64,000 bases of DNA from an uncultured Alphaproteobacteria bacterium (GTDB taxonomy: Bacteria; Pseudomonadota; Alphaproteobacteria; HIMB59; GCA-002718135), in the NCBI GenBank assembly GCA_902515745.1, contig CABXWB010000007.1:15478-79477 (forward strand). Direction: 5' to 3'. The position numbers and the translations under genes are program-made. How positions within the stretch are numbered: the first letter of the stretch is position 1; every line of letters begins with the position of its first letter. The notes below the pieces were generated by a model, which was not told the origin of the DNA, did no database searches, and saw nothing but the letters and a program-made list of their open reading frames with translations. Positions 20,485 to 30,140 of this stretch are shown piece after piece.

Positions 20485-21204
20485 ATGGAATTTATGAAAG
20501 TTAATAAAGACCAAATATCAGCATGGGGTGTCCATGCTTTTACAGGATCAGGAGCTATACTTGGATTCCTTGCCTTAATATCAATATTGAATAATGATCA
20601 AACTGGTGCTTTCTTATGGTTAGGCTTAGCATTATTAATTGACGGGATTGATGGTACATTAGCAAGAAGAATAGGGGTAGAGGAAAAAGCACCAAATTTA
20701 GATGGAATAATTTTAGATAGTATAGTCGATTATCTTAACTATGTAATTAACCCTGCTTTAATGATTTACTGGTTTCAATTAGTGCCAAATGGTTTTGAAA
20801 TTATAATGCCAGCAATAATATTTGGAGTTTCATTGTACACTTTTATTAATGTTAATATGAAAACTGATGATTATTATTTCAGAGGATTCCCTGCAATCTG
20901 GAATATTGTAGTACTTTATTTTTTCATATTAAATTCAAATGTTTGGATAAATCTTATTGTAATTATTATTTTATCAATATTAACTTTTATTCCTTTTAAA
21001 TTTGTTCATCCATTAAGAGTAAAATCTTATCGAAACTTAACTATTTTTTTTACCGTAATATGGTCAGCAACAACATTGAGATTAGTTACTAAATCTGAAA
21101 TAAATTTAATTATAAATGATACTATAGTGTTAATTATCTGGTTAATCTGCACAGGTTATTTTTCATATATTTGTTTAAATAAGTCATTAAAAGACTTCTC
21201 TTAG
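20485..21204 (+). CDS. pcs: Phosphatidylcholine synthase
   Basis: VHAFTGSG, DGIDGTLAR, LDSIVDY, KTDDYYFRGFP and FVHPLRV. Confidence 0.85.
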   Translation: MEFMKVNKDQISAWGVHAFTGSGAILGFLALISILNNDQTGAFLWLGLALLIDGIDGTLARRIGVEEKAPNLDGIILDSIVDYLNYVINPALMIYWFQLVPNGFEIIMPAIIFGVSLYTFINVNMKTDDYYFRGFPAIWNIVVLYFFILNSNVWINLIVIIILSILTFIPFKFVHPLRVKSYRNLTIFFTVIWSATTLRLVTKSEINLIINDTIVLIIWLICTGYFSYICLNKSLKDFS

Positions 21205-21301
21205 TAAGCAATTTAGCTATTTTTTTATATATGCATTTTTTGCATATCTAAATATGATCATAATCAATTTAAATATAAATAATTTTTATTATTAATTTTA
21301 C

Positions 21302-21354
21302 ATCGTTCATTTTGAATAATTCAAAACGGAAGTAGACGAAAGTTGAAGGAACGC
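21302..21354 (+). ncRNA. Glutamine riboswitch (glnA motif), aptamer 1
   Basis: P1 CGTTC/GAACG; P2 TTTTGAA/TTCAAAA; CGGAAGTA junction; P3 GAC-GAAA-GTT; GAAG. Confidence 0.88.
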
Positions 21355-21368
21355 ATGCAAGTTATTAA

Positions 21369-21421
21369 ATCGTTCAATCTGTTTTTAACAGATCGGAAGT
21401 AAGCTAAAGCTGAAGGAACGC
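21369..21421 (+). ncRNA. Glutamine riboswitch (glnA motif), aptamer 2
   Basis: P1 CGTTC/GAACG; P2 ATCTGTT/AACAGAT; CGGAAGTA; P3 AGC-TAAA-GCT; GAAG; stems covary with aptamer 1. Confidence 0.88.
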
Positions 21422-21455
21422 GGATCTTATTAAAATCCATAGCTAAGCATGAACT

Positions 21456-21479
21456 ATAACAGATTGAAAGGACTGTTAT
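21456..21479 (+). promoter_or_regulatory. Putative riboswitch expression-platform hairpin containing AAGGA
   Basis: ATAACAG/CTGTTAT stem; 21458-21468 is also the exact complement of aptamer 2 positions 21373-21383. Confidence 0.55.
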
Positions 21480-21484
21480 TAAAT

Positions 21485-21538
21485 ATGATAGGTATTAAGT
21501 TTGGATTTATAAATACTTCATTCATTTCATCGTACTAA
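21485..21538 (+). CDS. Putative 17-aa uORF/leader peptide
   Basis: MIGIKFGFINTSFISSY*; stop lies 2 nt before ATG 21541; SD spacing (12 nt) is long. Confidence 0.3.
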   Translation: MIGIKFGFINTSFISSY

Positions 21539-21540
21539 AT

Positions 21541-22947
21541 ATGTTTAATGAAATGTATCAATCTGAGAGTCTAATCAGAAATCACTATAACAATATAAAT
21601 GAATGGTTAGAAAAAATGACAGCTAAAGTGATTAATGAAAAAAATGCTGAGGCAGAGACTCATTTTAGAAATATAGGAATAACATTCTCAACTAATAGTG
21701 AAACAGCAAGAGAGAGAATAATACCATTTGATTTAATTCCAAGAATTTTTACTTTTAGTGAATGGTCTAAATTAGAAAAAGGAGTAATTCAAAGAGCGAA
21801 AGCTTTAAATGCTTTTTTGGCAGACATTTATAATCAAGGAGAAATAATAAAAGCTAATATTATACCTAAAGAATTAATTTTTAAAAAGAAATCTTATGAA
21901 GTTTCAATGTTTGGTTTTACACCACCTAGATCAATTTATAGTCCAATAGTAGGTATAGATTTAGTAAGAACAAATCATAATGAGTATTTTGTATTAGAAG
22001 ATAATTGTAGAACACCTAGCGGTGTATCATACATGTTAGAAAATAGAGAAATAATGATGAGAATGTTTCCTGATTTATTTCATACAAATCGAGTTACACC
22101 TATTGATGATTATCCAACTAGATTACTTCAGACTTTAATGAGTTTAGCTCCAATAAAATGCAACACATCTGAGCCAGTATGTGTTCTTCTTACACCTGGT
22201 CCATTGAATAGTGCTTATTATGAACATAGTTTTCTATCCGATCAAATGGGTATTGAAATGGTAGAGTCTACTGATTTGTTTGTTGAGGGTGAATTTCTAT
22301 ACATGAAAACCGTAGATGGTCCCAAAAAAGTTGATGTTGTATATAGAAGGATAGATGATGATTTTTTAGATCCTCTTTGTTTTAACCCAAATTCAGTAAT
22401 TGGAATACCTGGAATTATGGATGTGTATAGAACTGGAGGAGTAAATATTTGTTCAGCTCCGGGTGCCGGTATCGCAGATGACAAAGCAATTTATATTTAT
22501 GTTCCAGAAATGATAAAATTTTATTTAGGAGAACAACCAATATTAGAAAATGTTCAAACATGGAGTTGTGACAAAGATGATGAACTTAATTATGTATTAG
22601 ATAACTTATCTGATCTTGTTGTAAAAGAAGTTGATGGCTCTGGAGGATACGGGATGCTAATAGGTCCAAAATCCTCTAAATCCTCAATTGAAGAATTTAG
22701 AAGAAAACTTTCCGCAAATCCTCGGGGATATATTGCTCAACCTCTCTTAGATCTATCATTCTCTCCAACTTTGATAAAAAATCAAGTTGAAGGAAGAAGA
22801 GTTGATTTGAGACCTTTTTGTTTAATGGGAGAAAATGCACAATTAAGTTCTGGAGGATTAACAAGAGTTGCAATGAACGAGGGATCTTTCGTTGTTAATT
22901 CAAGTCAAGGTGGTGGAGTCAAAGATACATGGGTTTTAGCGGAATGA
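21541..22947 (+). CDS. Circularly permuted type 2 ATP-grasp peptide ligase
   Basis: GITF, IPFDLIPR, VLEDNCRTPSGVSY, NSAYYEH, YRRIDDDFLDP, GSGGYG, DLRPF, GGLTRVA and VVNSSQGGGVKDTW. Confidence 0.93.
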   Translation: MFNEMYQSESLIRNHYNNINEWLEKMTAKVINEKNAEAETHFRNIGITFSTNSETARERIIPFDLIPRIFTFSEWSKLEKGVIQRAKALNAFLADIYNQGEIIKANIIPKELIFKKKSYEVSMFGFTPPRSIYSPIVGIDLVRTNHNEYFVLEDNCRTPSGVSYMLENREIMMRMFPDLFHTNRVTPIDDYPTRLLQTLMSLAPIKCNTSEPVCVLLTPGPLNSAYYEHSFLSDQMGIEMVESTDLFVEGEFLYMKTVDGPKKVDVVYRRIDDDFLDPLCFNPNSVIGIPGIMDVYRTGGVNICSAPGAGIADDKAIYIYVPEMIKFYLGEQPILENVQTWSCDKDDELNYVLDNLSDLVVKEVDGSGGYGMLIGPKSSKSSIEEFRRKLSANPRGYIAQPLLDLSFSPTLIKNQVEGRRVDLRPFCLMGENAQLSSGGLTRVAMNEGSFVVNSSQGGGVKDTWVLAE

Positions 22948-22953
22948 GATACA

Positions 22954-23889
22954 ATGTTAAGTAGAACAGCTGAGTATCTTTACTGGATTAGTAGATATAT
23001 GGAGAGAGCTGAGACTAATGCTAGACTCTTAGATGTAGGTTATAGAATGTCATTATTTCCTAATCCAAATGGCTACAATAATGAGTGGGAATCTGTTTTA
23101 GCTGCTGCAGGCGCAATACAAGGATACAAGAATAAATATAATATTATTGAACAAAAAAAAGTTGAAGATTATTTATTTTTCGATGAAGATAATCCTTCAT
23201 CTGTTTTTAATTGTATTCTTAATGCTAGAAGTAATGCTTTAGTTGTAAGAACATCATTCACACCTGAATCTTGGCTAGCTATTAACAAAACTTATCAAGA
23301 AATTTTAAAATTAAAAAATAATAATTTTAATGCATCAGACCTTCCTAATTTAACTGAATGGACTATTGAACAAGTAAATTTATTTAGAGGTTCATTAAGT
23401 TCTTTATTAAGAAACGATGGTTATAACTTTCTTTATTTAGGATTATTTGTTGAAAGGGCAGATAATTCTGCAAGATTATTAGATGTTAAATATTTTGTTT
23501 TACTTCCTAAACCTCAATATATCGGAGGAAATATTGATAATATGCAGTGGAGTATACTCCTTAGATCTTTATCATCTTTTAGAGCTTTTCGTTGGGCATA
23601 CGATGGTGATGTCACTTCTACAAAGATAGCTGATTTTTTAGTACTAAACAGTGATTGCCCAAGATCACTTAGTTTTTGTATACAAAACATTGTAAAACAC
23701 TTAACAAATTTGACTTGCAGTCCTGAGAAAGTTAATAAAATTTATAATACCCTAAAAGATCTTAATATTAAAATTCAAGAAGAGAAAATTGAGTCAATCG
23801 TTGATTTTGGCCTTCATGAATTTGTTACACAATTTATTAATAAAATTTCAAGCGTAGATTCTGATATTCAAAAGGAGTTTTTTAATTAA
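22954..23889 (+). CDS. Alpha-E domain protein (DUF403)
   Basis: MLSRTAEYLYWISRYMERAE and GLFVERAD ER motifs; PRSL. Confidence 0.93.
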   Translation: MLSRTAEYLYWISRYMERAETNARLLDVGYRMSLFPNPNGYNNEWESVLAAAGAIQGYKNKYNIIEQKKVEDYLFFDEDNPSSVFNCILNARSNALVVRTSFTPESWLAINKTYQEILKLKNNNFNASDLPNLTEWTIEQVNLFRGSLSSLLRNDGYNFLYLGLFVERADNSARLLDVKYFVLLPKPQYIGGNIDNMQWSILLRSLSSFRAFRWAYDGDVTSTKIADFLVLNSDCPRSLSFCIQNIVKHLTNLTCSPEKVNKIYNTLKDLNIKIQEEKIESIVDFGLHEFVTQFINKISSVDSDIQKEFFN

Positions 23890-24728
23890 TGGAAATAATA
23901 ATTGAGCATACAACTAAATATGAATATAAAAATCCTGTAGCTGGACTTATACAATCAACTAAACTTTATCCATCTGAATATAATGGTTTAAAAATTCTAG
24001 ATTGGAATGTTCATCATGACTCAGCAGAAAAATCTGCAGTCTATAAAGACGGAGAAGCAAATAATATACAAAGTTTTACTAGTTTAAAAAAAGTAAAAAA
24101 AATTCAGTTTACTGTTCTTGGTAAAGTAGAAACTTTTGATACAAAAGGGGTTTATTTTAACCCAGATGATAAATTAGATCCTTGTGTTTATTTAAGGAAT
24201 TCAAATTTAACTATTCCAGATGTAGACATAAAAAATTTAGCTTTAGAAGCAAAAAATGGTTTTAACAATGATGAAAGATTACTTATTTCTCACAATTTAA
24301 TGAATTTAGTAAGAGAAAAAGTTGAATATAAACCTCTTTCAACAAATAATGAAACAACAGCTCAGGTAGCTTATAATCAAAAAAAAGGTGTATGTCAGGA
24401 TCAAGCACACATAATGGTGTCAGCTGCTAGAACAATCAATATACCTGCTAGATATGTTAACGGTTACATGCATAATAATTCACATTCATCAGAATTTCAG
24501 TCAACACATGCATGGGCAGAATTTTTTATAAATGATCTTGGTTGGGTTGGTTTTGATCCTACAAATGGTTGCAGCCCTGATGAAAGATATATAAGAGTAT
24601 CTTGTGGTCTTGATGCAAGTGAAGCTGCACCTATAAAAGGGGTTTTCTACGGACATAATGGTCAAAACAATTTGATTGAAAACTTAGATATACACGTTCA
24701 AACACTTGAAAATAGTTCTCAACAATAA
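23889..24728 (+). CDS. Transglutaminase-like protein
   Basis: IEHTTKYEY N-domain; GVCQD, PARYVNGY, HAWAE and GWVGFDPTN catalytic C-H-D. Confidence 0.92.
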   Translation: MEIIIEHTTKYEYKNPVAGLIQSTKLYPSEYNGLKILDWNVHHDSAEKSAVYKDGEANNIQSFTSLKKVKKIQFTVLGKVETFDTKGVYFNPDDKLDPCVYLRNSNLTIPDVDIKNLALEAKNGFNNDERLLISHNLMNLVREKVEYKPLSTNNETTAQVAYNQKKGVCQDQAHIMVSAARTINIPARYVNGYMHNNSHSSEFQSTHAWAEFFINDLGWVGFDPTNGCSPDERYIRVSCGLDASEAAPIKGVFYGHNGQNNLIENLDIHVQTLENSSQQ

Positions 24729-24766
24729 AAAAATTTGTTAAATTTCACAAATAAAGAAGGAAAAAT

Positions 24767-25126
24767 ATGTACCAAAATAAAAAACAACTACAATTTATAT
24801 GGATTTTTAAACCTGAACTTTCAGATGTTGCAAAGCGTGTAGCTGAAGATCATGTTAAATGGATGAATGAAACTCACACTAAAGAAGGAGAAAAGGCTCT
24901 TATAGTATTAAATTGGTCAATTGGACCTGAATTTAAAGAAGGAGCCGAGACAGGAAACATAGCTCTTATTTTAACAGAAATTTATGAAAACCAGGCTGGA
25001 ATAGATAATCATTTTATGCTTGCACAAAATAATGGAAGCTATTTTAGAGATGATTTAGATGAATTTGCAAAAAATTGTGAACAAAGAGTAACTATTCATT
25101 CTTCAGATGTCATTCAATCAATATAA
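24767..25126 (+). CDS. Hypothetical protein, possible dimeric alpha/beta-barrel (ABM-like)
   Basis: Strong RBS; ILTEIYENQAGIDNH resembles the ABM-type E-x-Y...H motif. Confidence 0.65.
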   Translation: MYQNKKQLQFIWIFKPELSDVAKRVAEDHVKWMNETHTKEGEKALIVLNWSIGPEFKEGAETGNIALILTEIYENQAGIDNHFMLAQNNGSYFRDDLDEFAKNCEQRVTIHSSDVIQSI

Positions 25127-25222
25127 ATTAATAAAGACATAAATCTATATCTGATTTTTAAAATAATTTCTTCATTATCATCATTATTTAGCTTTATTTT
25201 ATACATTAGCTAGCCTATCTAT

Positions 25223-25624
25223 ATGATAATGGAGATTAAACAAATTTTTAAAAATTTTATTTTAGCAGACTTTATTGTTATAATTTTAATGGTAATATCA
25301 TCTATGTATCAACCATCTGAAATTACAAATCTTTATGAAAATTTAAATGATGGATTATTATCTAATTTTGAAAATTTTTCTCGAATAATATCTATTAGTC
25401 TATTCTTTTTATATCTATTTACTTTAAATTTACTTTATAGATTTATATCTTATGGAAAACCTCTATATTTGTTTTTAGTTGTAGCTGGCATAGTTCTTAA
25501 TTATTTTAGTGGTTCTGTTATTTATACTGCTTTTAGTGGTATGCTTGATCAAATTGGTGGATTGATTAGTGGCTCAATTTTGATTCTTTTATATTTTTCA
25601 CCAATTAAAGATAACTTTAGATAA
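25223..25624 (+). CDS. Hypothetical membrane protein
   Basis: About 4 hydrophobic segments. Confidence 0.7.
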   Translation: MIMEIKQIFKNFILADFIVIILMVISSMYQPSEITNLYENLNDGLLSNFENFSRIISISLFFLYLFTLNLLYRFISYGKPLYLFLVVAGIVLNYFSGSVIYTAFSGMLDQIGGLISGSILILLYFSPIKDNFR

Positions 25625-25736
25625 AAAATAACTTAGTTTTCTGCAATCAAATCAATATGTATGTATTTTTTATTAAAATATAGTTAAAATATTAAAATAG
25701 GTCGGTCAAAACCCTTGTAAAAAAAAGACCATAAAT

Positions 25737-26135
25737 TTGAATATGGTAAAAACTTTAGCTAAAATTATCATTGGTTTATTAAGCTTATGGGCAATGGTAT
25801 TTATAATTGCAGAGATTATGGGGGTAACTATCTATTTTCCATATACTATTGTTGAAAGACAAGAAATACCATATCATAGAATTACTTCAATCAGATTAGC
25901 TGTTTTTCTAACTTTTGCTTACTTTGGTTTTAGATATCTTTTTTTTCAATCAGAAAAACTTTATCCTATTCAGTTTTTAGAAATTTATATTAAATCACTT
26001 ACAGTTTGTTGTTTATTTGTTTTTTATACTAGTCAAGTTGATTTTAGAGAATACTATTTTGTTCTTTTCTTATTTATTGTTTCATTAATCTTGCATTATG
26101 CATCAAGAAATAAAATAAGAAGTTATTTTAATTAA
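25737..26135 (+). CDS. Hypothetical membrane protein
   Basis: About 4 hydrophobic segments; followed by a terminator. Confidence 0.7.
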   Translation: MNMVKTLAKIIIGLLSLWAMVFIIAEIMGVTIYFPYTIVERQEIPYHRITSIRLAVFLTFAYFGFRYLFFQSEKLYPIQFLEIYIKSLTVCCLFVFYTSQVDFREYYFVLFLFIVSLILHYASRNKIRSYFN

Positions 26136-26161
26136 AAGGCGATTTATAAAAACCGCCTTTT
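26134..26161. terminator. Bidirectional intrinsic terminator
   Basis: AAAAGGCG...CGCCTTTT between convergent genes. Confidence 0.75.
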
Positions 26162-26174
26162 CTAATAAATTAAT

Positions 26175-26600
26175 TTAAGTTGTAATTATTTTTAATATTA
26201 CAAGAATTAATCCTATCAATGGAAATATTAGCCCTCTAGTAGTTGGTTTAAAACCATAATTATTTACTAGATTAAATACTCTTAATGCACCATTTACAGT
26301 GGCAAACACAAAAAGAATAGCTAAAAACGAATACCAAAATTCATATTGAATTAGGTTTTCTTCGTAAGTATTGTTAGTAACATCAAAAGTTAATAGTATT
26401 GACATTAATAATATAGCTAAAAAAACTACACCCAAAACACCTCTAAATATTGTTTTAGGTTCTTCATTTGAAAATCCAAGTTCATCGTAAAATCTATTAT
26501 TAAAAAAAAATTGATAAATAACAAATAAATTAAAAAGCATAAACAAAACATGAAAGGTGAAGGGAAGATTTCCTCCAGCTTCAAGAATATGTTGGGACAT
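26175..26600 (-). CDS. Hypothetical membrane protein
   Basis: AGGAG RBS; 4 hydrophobic segments. Confidence 0.7.
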   Translation of the reverse strand: MSQHILEAGGNLPFTFHVLFMLFNLFVIYQFFFNNRFYDELGFSNEEPKTIFRGVLGVVFLAILLMSILLTFDVTNNTYEENLIQYEFWYSFLAILFVFATVNGALRVFNLVNNYGFKPTTRGLIFPLIGLILVILKIITT

Positions 26601-26675
26601 AAAATCTCCTTTTTTTTAGATAATTAACAAAAATTTTAATGATTCTTTATAAAAAAATTATTAAAATAGTAATTA

Positions 26676-27530
26676 ATGAAAAATATTTTAGTTACAGGTG
26701 GTTCTGGTAAAGCTGGACGAGCAACAATTAATTTATTATTAAAAAATAACTTTAATGTCTTCAATGTTGATTTGGTTAATCATTCTGAATTAGATGTTCC
26801 TTTTACTAAGGTTAATTTAGAAAATTTTGGTGATGCAATGGAGTCAGTATCTGAAATAGATGACCGTATTAATGGAATAGATGCTATAATTCATCAAGCA
26901 GCTATTCCTGCTCCAGGTTTAGAAACAAATCATAAAACCTTTAGAATGAATACTCTGAGCACTTACAATATTTTTCAAGCAGCTAAAGTATTAAAAATTA
27001 ATAATATTGTATGGGCATCAAGTGAAACTGTTCTTGGCTTACCTTTTGACACTTACCCGCCATATGTCCCAGTTGATGAAGAATATGATCCTCTTCCTGA
27101 AACTAGCTATTCCTTATCTAAGGTTATGGGTGAAGAAATGGCTAGACAATATTGTAGGAGAAATCCAGAATTGAAAATATTTGGACTTCGCTACTCAAAT
27201 ATAATGGAAGAGCATGATTACAAACAATTTCAATCTTTTCAAAAAGATCCATTTGTAAGAAAATGGAATTTTTGGGGATATATTGATGCTAGAGATGTTG
27301 CTCAAGCTTGTTTATTAGCAATGGAAAGTAAATTAAAAGGTGCTGATATCTTTATTATCGCTGCAGATGATACTGTTATGGAAGAAGATAATAAATATCT
27401 TCTCGATAAAGTATTTCCAAACATTCAAATCAAAGGAGAAATTGGAAAAAATAAAACTTTATTAAGTAATGAGAAGGCTAAAAAAATATTAGGATTTAAG
27501 CCAAAATATTCATGGAAAAATATTAATTAA
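26676..27530 (+). CDS. NAD-dependent epimerase/dehydratase (extended SDR)
   Basis: VTGGSGKAG, WASSE and YSLSK. Confidence 0.88.
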   Translation: MKNILVTGGSGKAGRATINLLLKNNFNVFNVDLVNHSELDVPFTKVNLENFGDAMESVSEIDDRINGIDAIIHQAAIPAPGLETNHKTFRMNTLSTYNIFQAAKVLKINNIVWASSETVLGLPFDTYPPYVPVDEEYDPLPETSYSLSKVMGEEMARQYCRRNPELKIFGLRYSNIMEEHDYKQFQSFQKDPFVRKWNFWGYIDARDVAQACLLAMESKLKGADIFIIAADDTVMEEDNKYLLDKVFPNIQIKGEIGKNKTLLSNEKAKKILGFKPKYSWKNIN

Positions 27531-28489
27531 ATTTCTAAACTCATTAAACCATTTTTATCAAAACTAATTGGAATTGGATTTGATATTTCTCCTATAAAAT
27601 TTTTATTTTGATCATCATGCAAAAAAGCCATAAAGAAAAATTTATCATCATTTTCAATAATTCTTCCTGCATACAGTTCTATTTTATAATTTGTTGTTAA
27701 GTAGGGGCCTGGCGCTAATTTCCACGGACCTTCAAATTTATCAGAAATTAAATAATGTGTACCTCGCTTTTTTGGTCCGTTATAATTTTTCTTAAATTTA
27801 TTGGACCAATCCTCAGGATGGTTACAAAATAAACAATACCATTTATTATTAGCTTTAAATATTTGAGGGACTTCTAACTGACTGAATAAACCACCAAATA
27901 AAGGTTTAATGGATTTCCATTTATAAAGATCAATTGATTCTGCCATTCCAATAACACCACATTGATATGGATCATTATGTATTGATGCTCTAGCTGTGTA
28001 AGCCATTATAAATTTATTTTCATATGGATGCTTCATTACCCATGGATCACGCATAGCACGATCTTGCCAATAATTATCACTCTTTAACTCTTGGTAAATA
28101 TTTTTATCTAAATCTAAAGCTAATCCATTCCCAAATCTTTCAAAAGAAAAGGGTGTTTCACCTATTGCATGACCAATTCTTTGTTTGCTACCATTTTCCT
28201 TTTTATTCCTTCCAGTGTAAAAGTAATGCCACTTACTATTATTTTTAATTATAGATCCTGTCCAAATTGTAAAATCATCAAAATTTTCACTTTTAGAAGG
28301 AGTAAAAACGGTGCCATGATGATCCCAATTAATTAAATCTTTTGAGGTAGCTAATCCATGAGTAACATTATTATGCCTAAGATCAGGATCTTTTAGAGAT
28401 TTATTAGCTTGAAGAAAATAACAATACCAAATATCGTTATCATAACTGATCCAAAAATCCCAAAGCCATTTTTCTTTAAGTTTAATCAA
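27527..28489 (-). CDS. GH32/GH68-clan (GH-J) glycoside hydrolase, beta-propeller only
   Basis: WLWDFW nucleophile, WTGS, MRDP and LEVP acid/base motifs. Confidence 0.8.
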   Translation of the reverse strand: MIKLKEKWLWDFWISYDNDIWYCYFLQANKSLKDPDLRHNNVTHGLATSKDLINWDHHGTVFTPSKSENFDDFTIWTGSIIKNNSKWHYFYTGRNKKENGSKQRIGHAIGETPFSFERFGNGLALDLDKNIYQELKSDNYWQDRAMRDPWVMKHPYENKFIMAYTARASIHNDPYQCGVIGMAESIDLYKWKSIKPLFGGLFSQLEVPQIFKANNKWYCLFCNHPEDWSNKFKKNYNGPKKRGTHYLISDKFEGPWKLAPGPYLTTNYKIELYAGRIIENDDKFFFMAFLHDDQNKNFIGEISNPIPISFDKNGLMSLEI

Positions 28490-28490
28490 T

Positions 28491-30140
28491 TTAATTAAAA
28501 GAGACTTCTGCTAAAGAAGCAGTATCTTCTAAGTATAAATATAATTTATCATTGTAATAAATCACATCTCTTATTCTTTCACCAATATCTAATTTTTTTA
28601 TAATATTAAAATTATCTTCTTTATTATTATAATTGTATTCAAAAAAATATAGAGAATGGGCTTTTAAAGATGCCACAACATATTGATTCTTATTATTTAA
28701 ACCAATAATTTGTGAAATTCCTATTGATGGATTGAAATATTTTAATGGTTCTATAAATCCGTGTTCAGAATGTGATTTATGTAATGGATATTTTTCATAT
28801 TTATTTTTATTTTCGGGGGCATTTTTACCTCCATAATGCTCTCCATAAGATGAAATAGCCCAACCAAAATTTTGTATGGTATTATTATCAAGTTTGATAA
28901 CATTTATTTCATCACCACCTTGAGGTCCATGCTCTGCCTCTAAAAGAAAATTTTCATCCTCATTAAAAAAAAGACCCTGAGGATTTCTATGACCTATACT
29001 GATAATTTCATAATTTTTAATTTTCTTATTAATTTTAAGAACCTTACCAAAAATACTACTCTCCGTTTGTGCTCGATATCGACTTCTAAAATCACCTATT
29101 GAAAATAATACAGTTTCATTATTTAAATTAATAATTCTTCCACCTGATTGATGAGCATTGTATTCATTATCTATATTATCATATTCATTCACACATTCTT
29201 CTGAAGCAAATAATGTTTTAAAATGAATATAAACATAATTCATTTTTCCTGAAAGCAGGCTGGTATTCCAACAATTTTCTTTAACTTCTTTTGTGTAGGA
29301 GACATAAATATCATCATCAAAGATTTCTACGTCTTTTATTGAGTACCAACCTCCTTTTAACCATGAGTATTTAGGATCATCAAAGTGTCTTGATTTTTTG
29401 AATTGTTCAACATCAATAAAATTATTAAGATTATTCTGAATCTGTTTAAGAGATATTCCAAACTTTGGTTTATTTAATGGTTTTTTTGAGTATCCAATAA
29501 TACCACTAGAAGAAACAAGAATTAGATTATTATCATAAATATCTAAATAACCACTTCCAGGTGTTGTGTTAGTTATTCCATATAACAAAGTATCTCCAAT
29601 GGGAGTGTAAAATTTGACACTTAAATTATCATCATAGATATTAAAACGTCCATCATAACCATAGTTTAAATCTTTTCCTTGATCTTTAAACATCATATCG
29701 AATTCAGAGGGATCTATTGATTTAAAAATTTGATTAAAGGTTATTTGATTTTGTTCTAATTTTTTTAAATTACTATTAAGATTATCATTCAGGTTATTAA
29801 ATGCATTGACAAATATTTCTCTATCTCCACTTATTAATATTTTTTCTTTATTAAAATTTCTTATATTTTCTTCTAAATCATTTATATTTTTTTGATCAAC
29901 GTTAATTGTAGCTTCTAAATTCTCTCTATTTTTATTCTCTAATTTTTCAATCTTGTTTTCTAAATTTTCTATATTTTTAAAAGGAACTAAATATTCATAA
30001 GCAAATTCTCTATATTCTTTTCCTAGCCTATTTGTAATAAAAGAAAAATCTAATAACAAATTTAATAAAAGGATTAAAATTAAAATAAAAATGGATATAT
30101 TTTTTAAATTATACAATTTAGTTAATATGTACTTCTGCAA
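28491..30140 (-). CDS. Membrane-anchored PQQ-dependent sugar dehydrogenase (GSDH family)
   Basis: HQSGGRI, GHRNPQGL, EHGPQGGDEIN and ERIRD; N-terminal TM and coiled coil. Confidence 0.8.
   Translation of the reverse strand: MQKYILTKLYNLKNISIFILILILLLNLLLDFSFITNRLGKEYREFAYEYLVPFKNIENLENKIEKLENKNRENLEATINVDQKNINDLEENIRNFNKEKILISGDREIFVNAFNNLNDNLNSNLKKLEQNQITFNQIFKSIDPSEFDMMFKDQGKDLNYGYDGRFNIYDDNLSVKFYTPIGDTLLYGITNTTPGSGYLDIYDNNLILVSSSGIIGYSKKPLNKPKFGISLKQIQNNLNNFIDVEQFKKSRHFDDPKYSWLKGGWYSIKDVEIFDDDIYVSYTKEVKENCWNTSLLSGKMNYVYIHFKTLFASEECVNEYDNIDNEYNAHQSGGRIINLNNETVLFSIGDFRSRYRAQTESSIFGKVLKINKKIKNYEIISIGHRNPQGLFFNEDENFLLEAEHGPQGGDEINVIKLDNNTIQNFGWAISSYGEHYGGKNAPENKNKYEKYPLHKSHSEHGFIEPLKYFNPSIGISQIIGLNNKNQYVVASLKAHSLYFFEYNYNNKEDNFNIIKKLDIGERIRDVIYYNDKLYLYLEDTASLAEVSFN

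Noticed and set aside
21302-21421. Two-unit direct repeat as a mini-CRISPR array
   Set aside because: The variable parts are self-pairing stems matching the glnA riboswitch; only two units and no cas genes.
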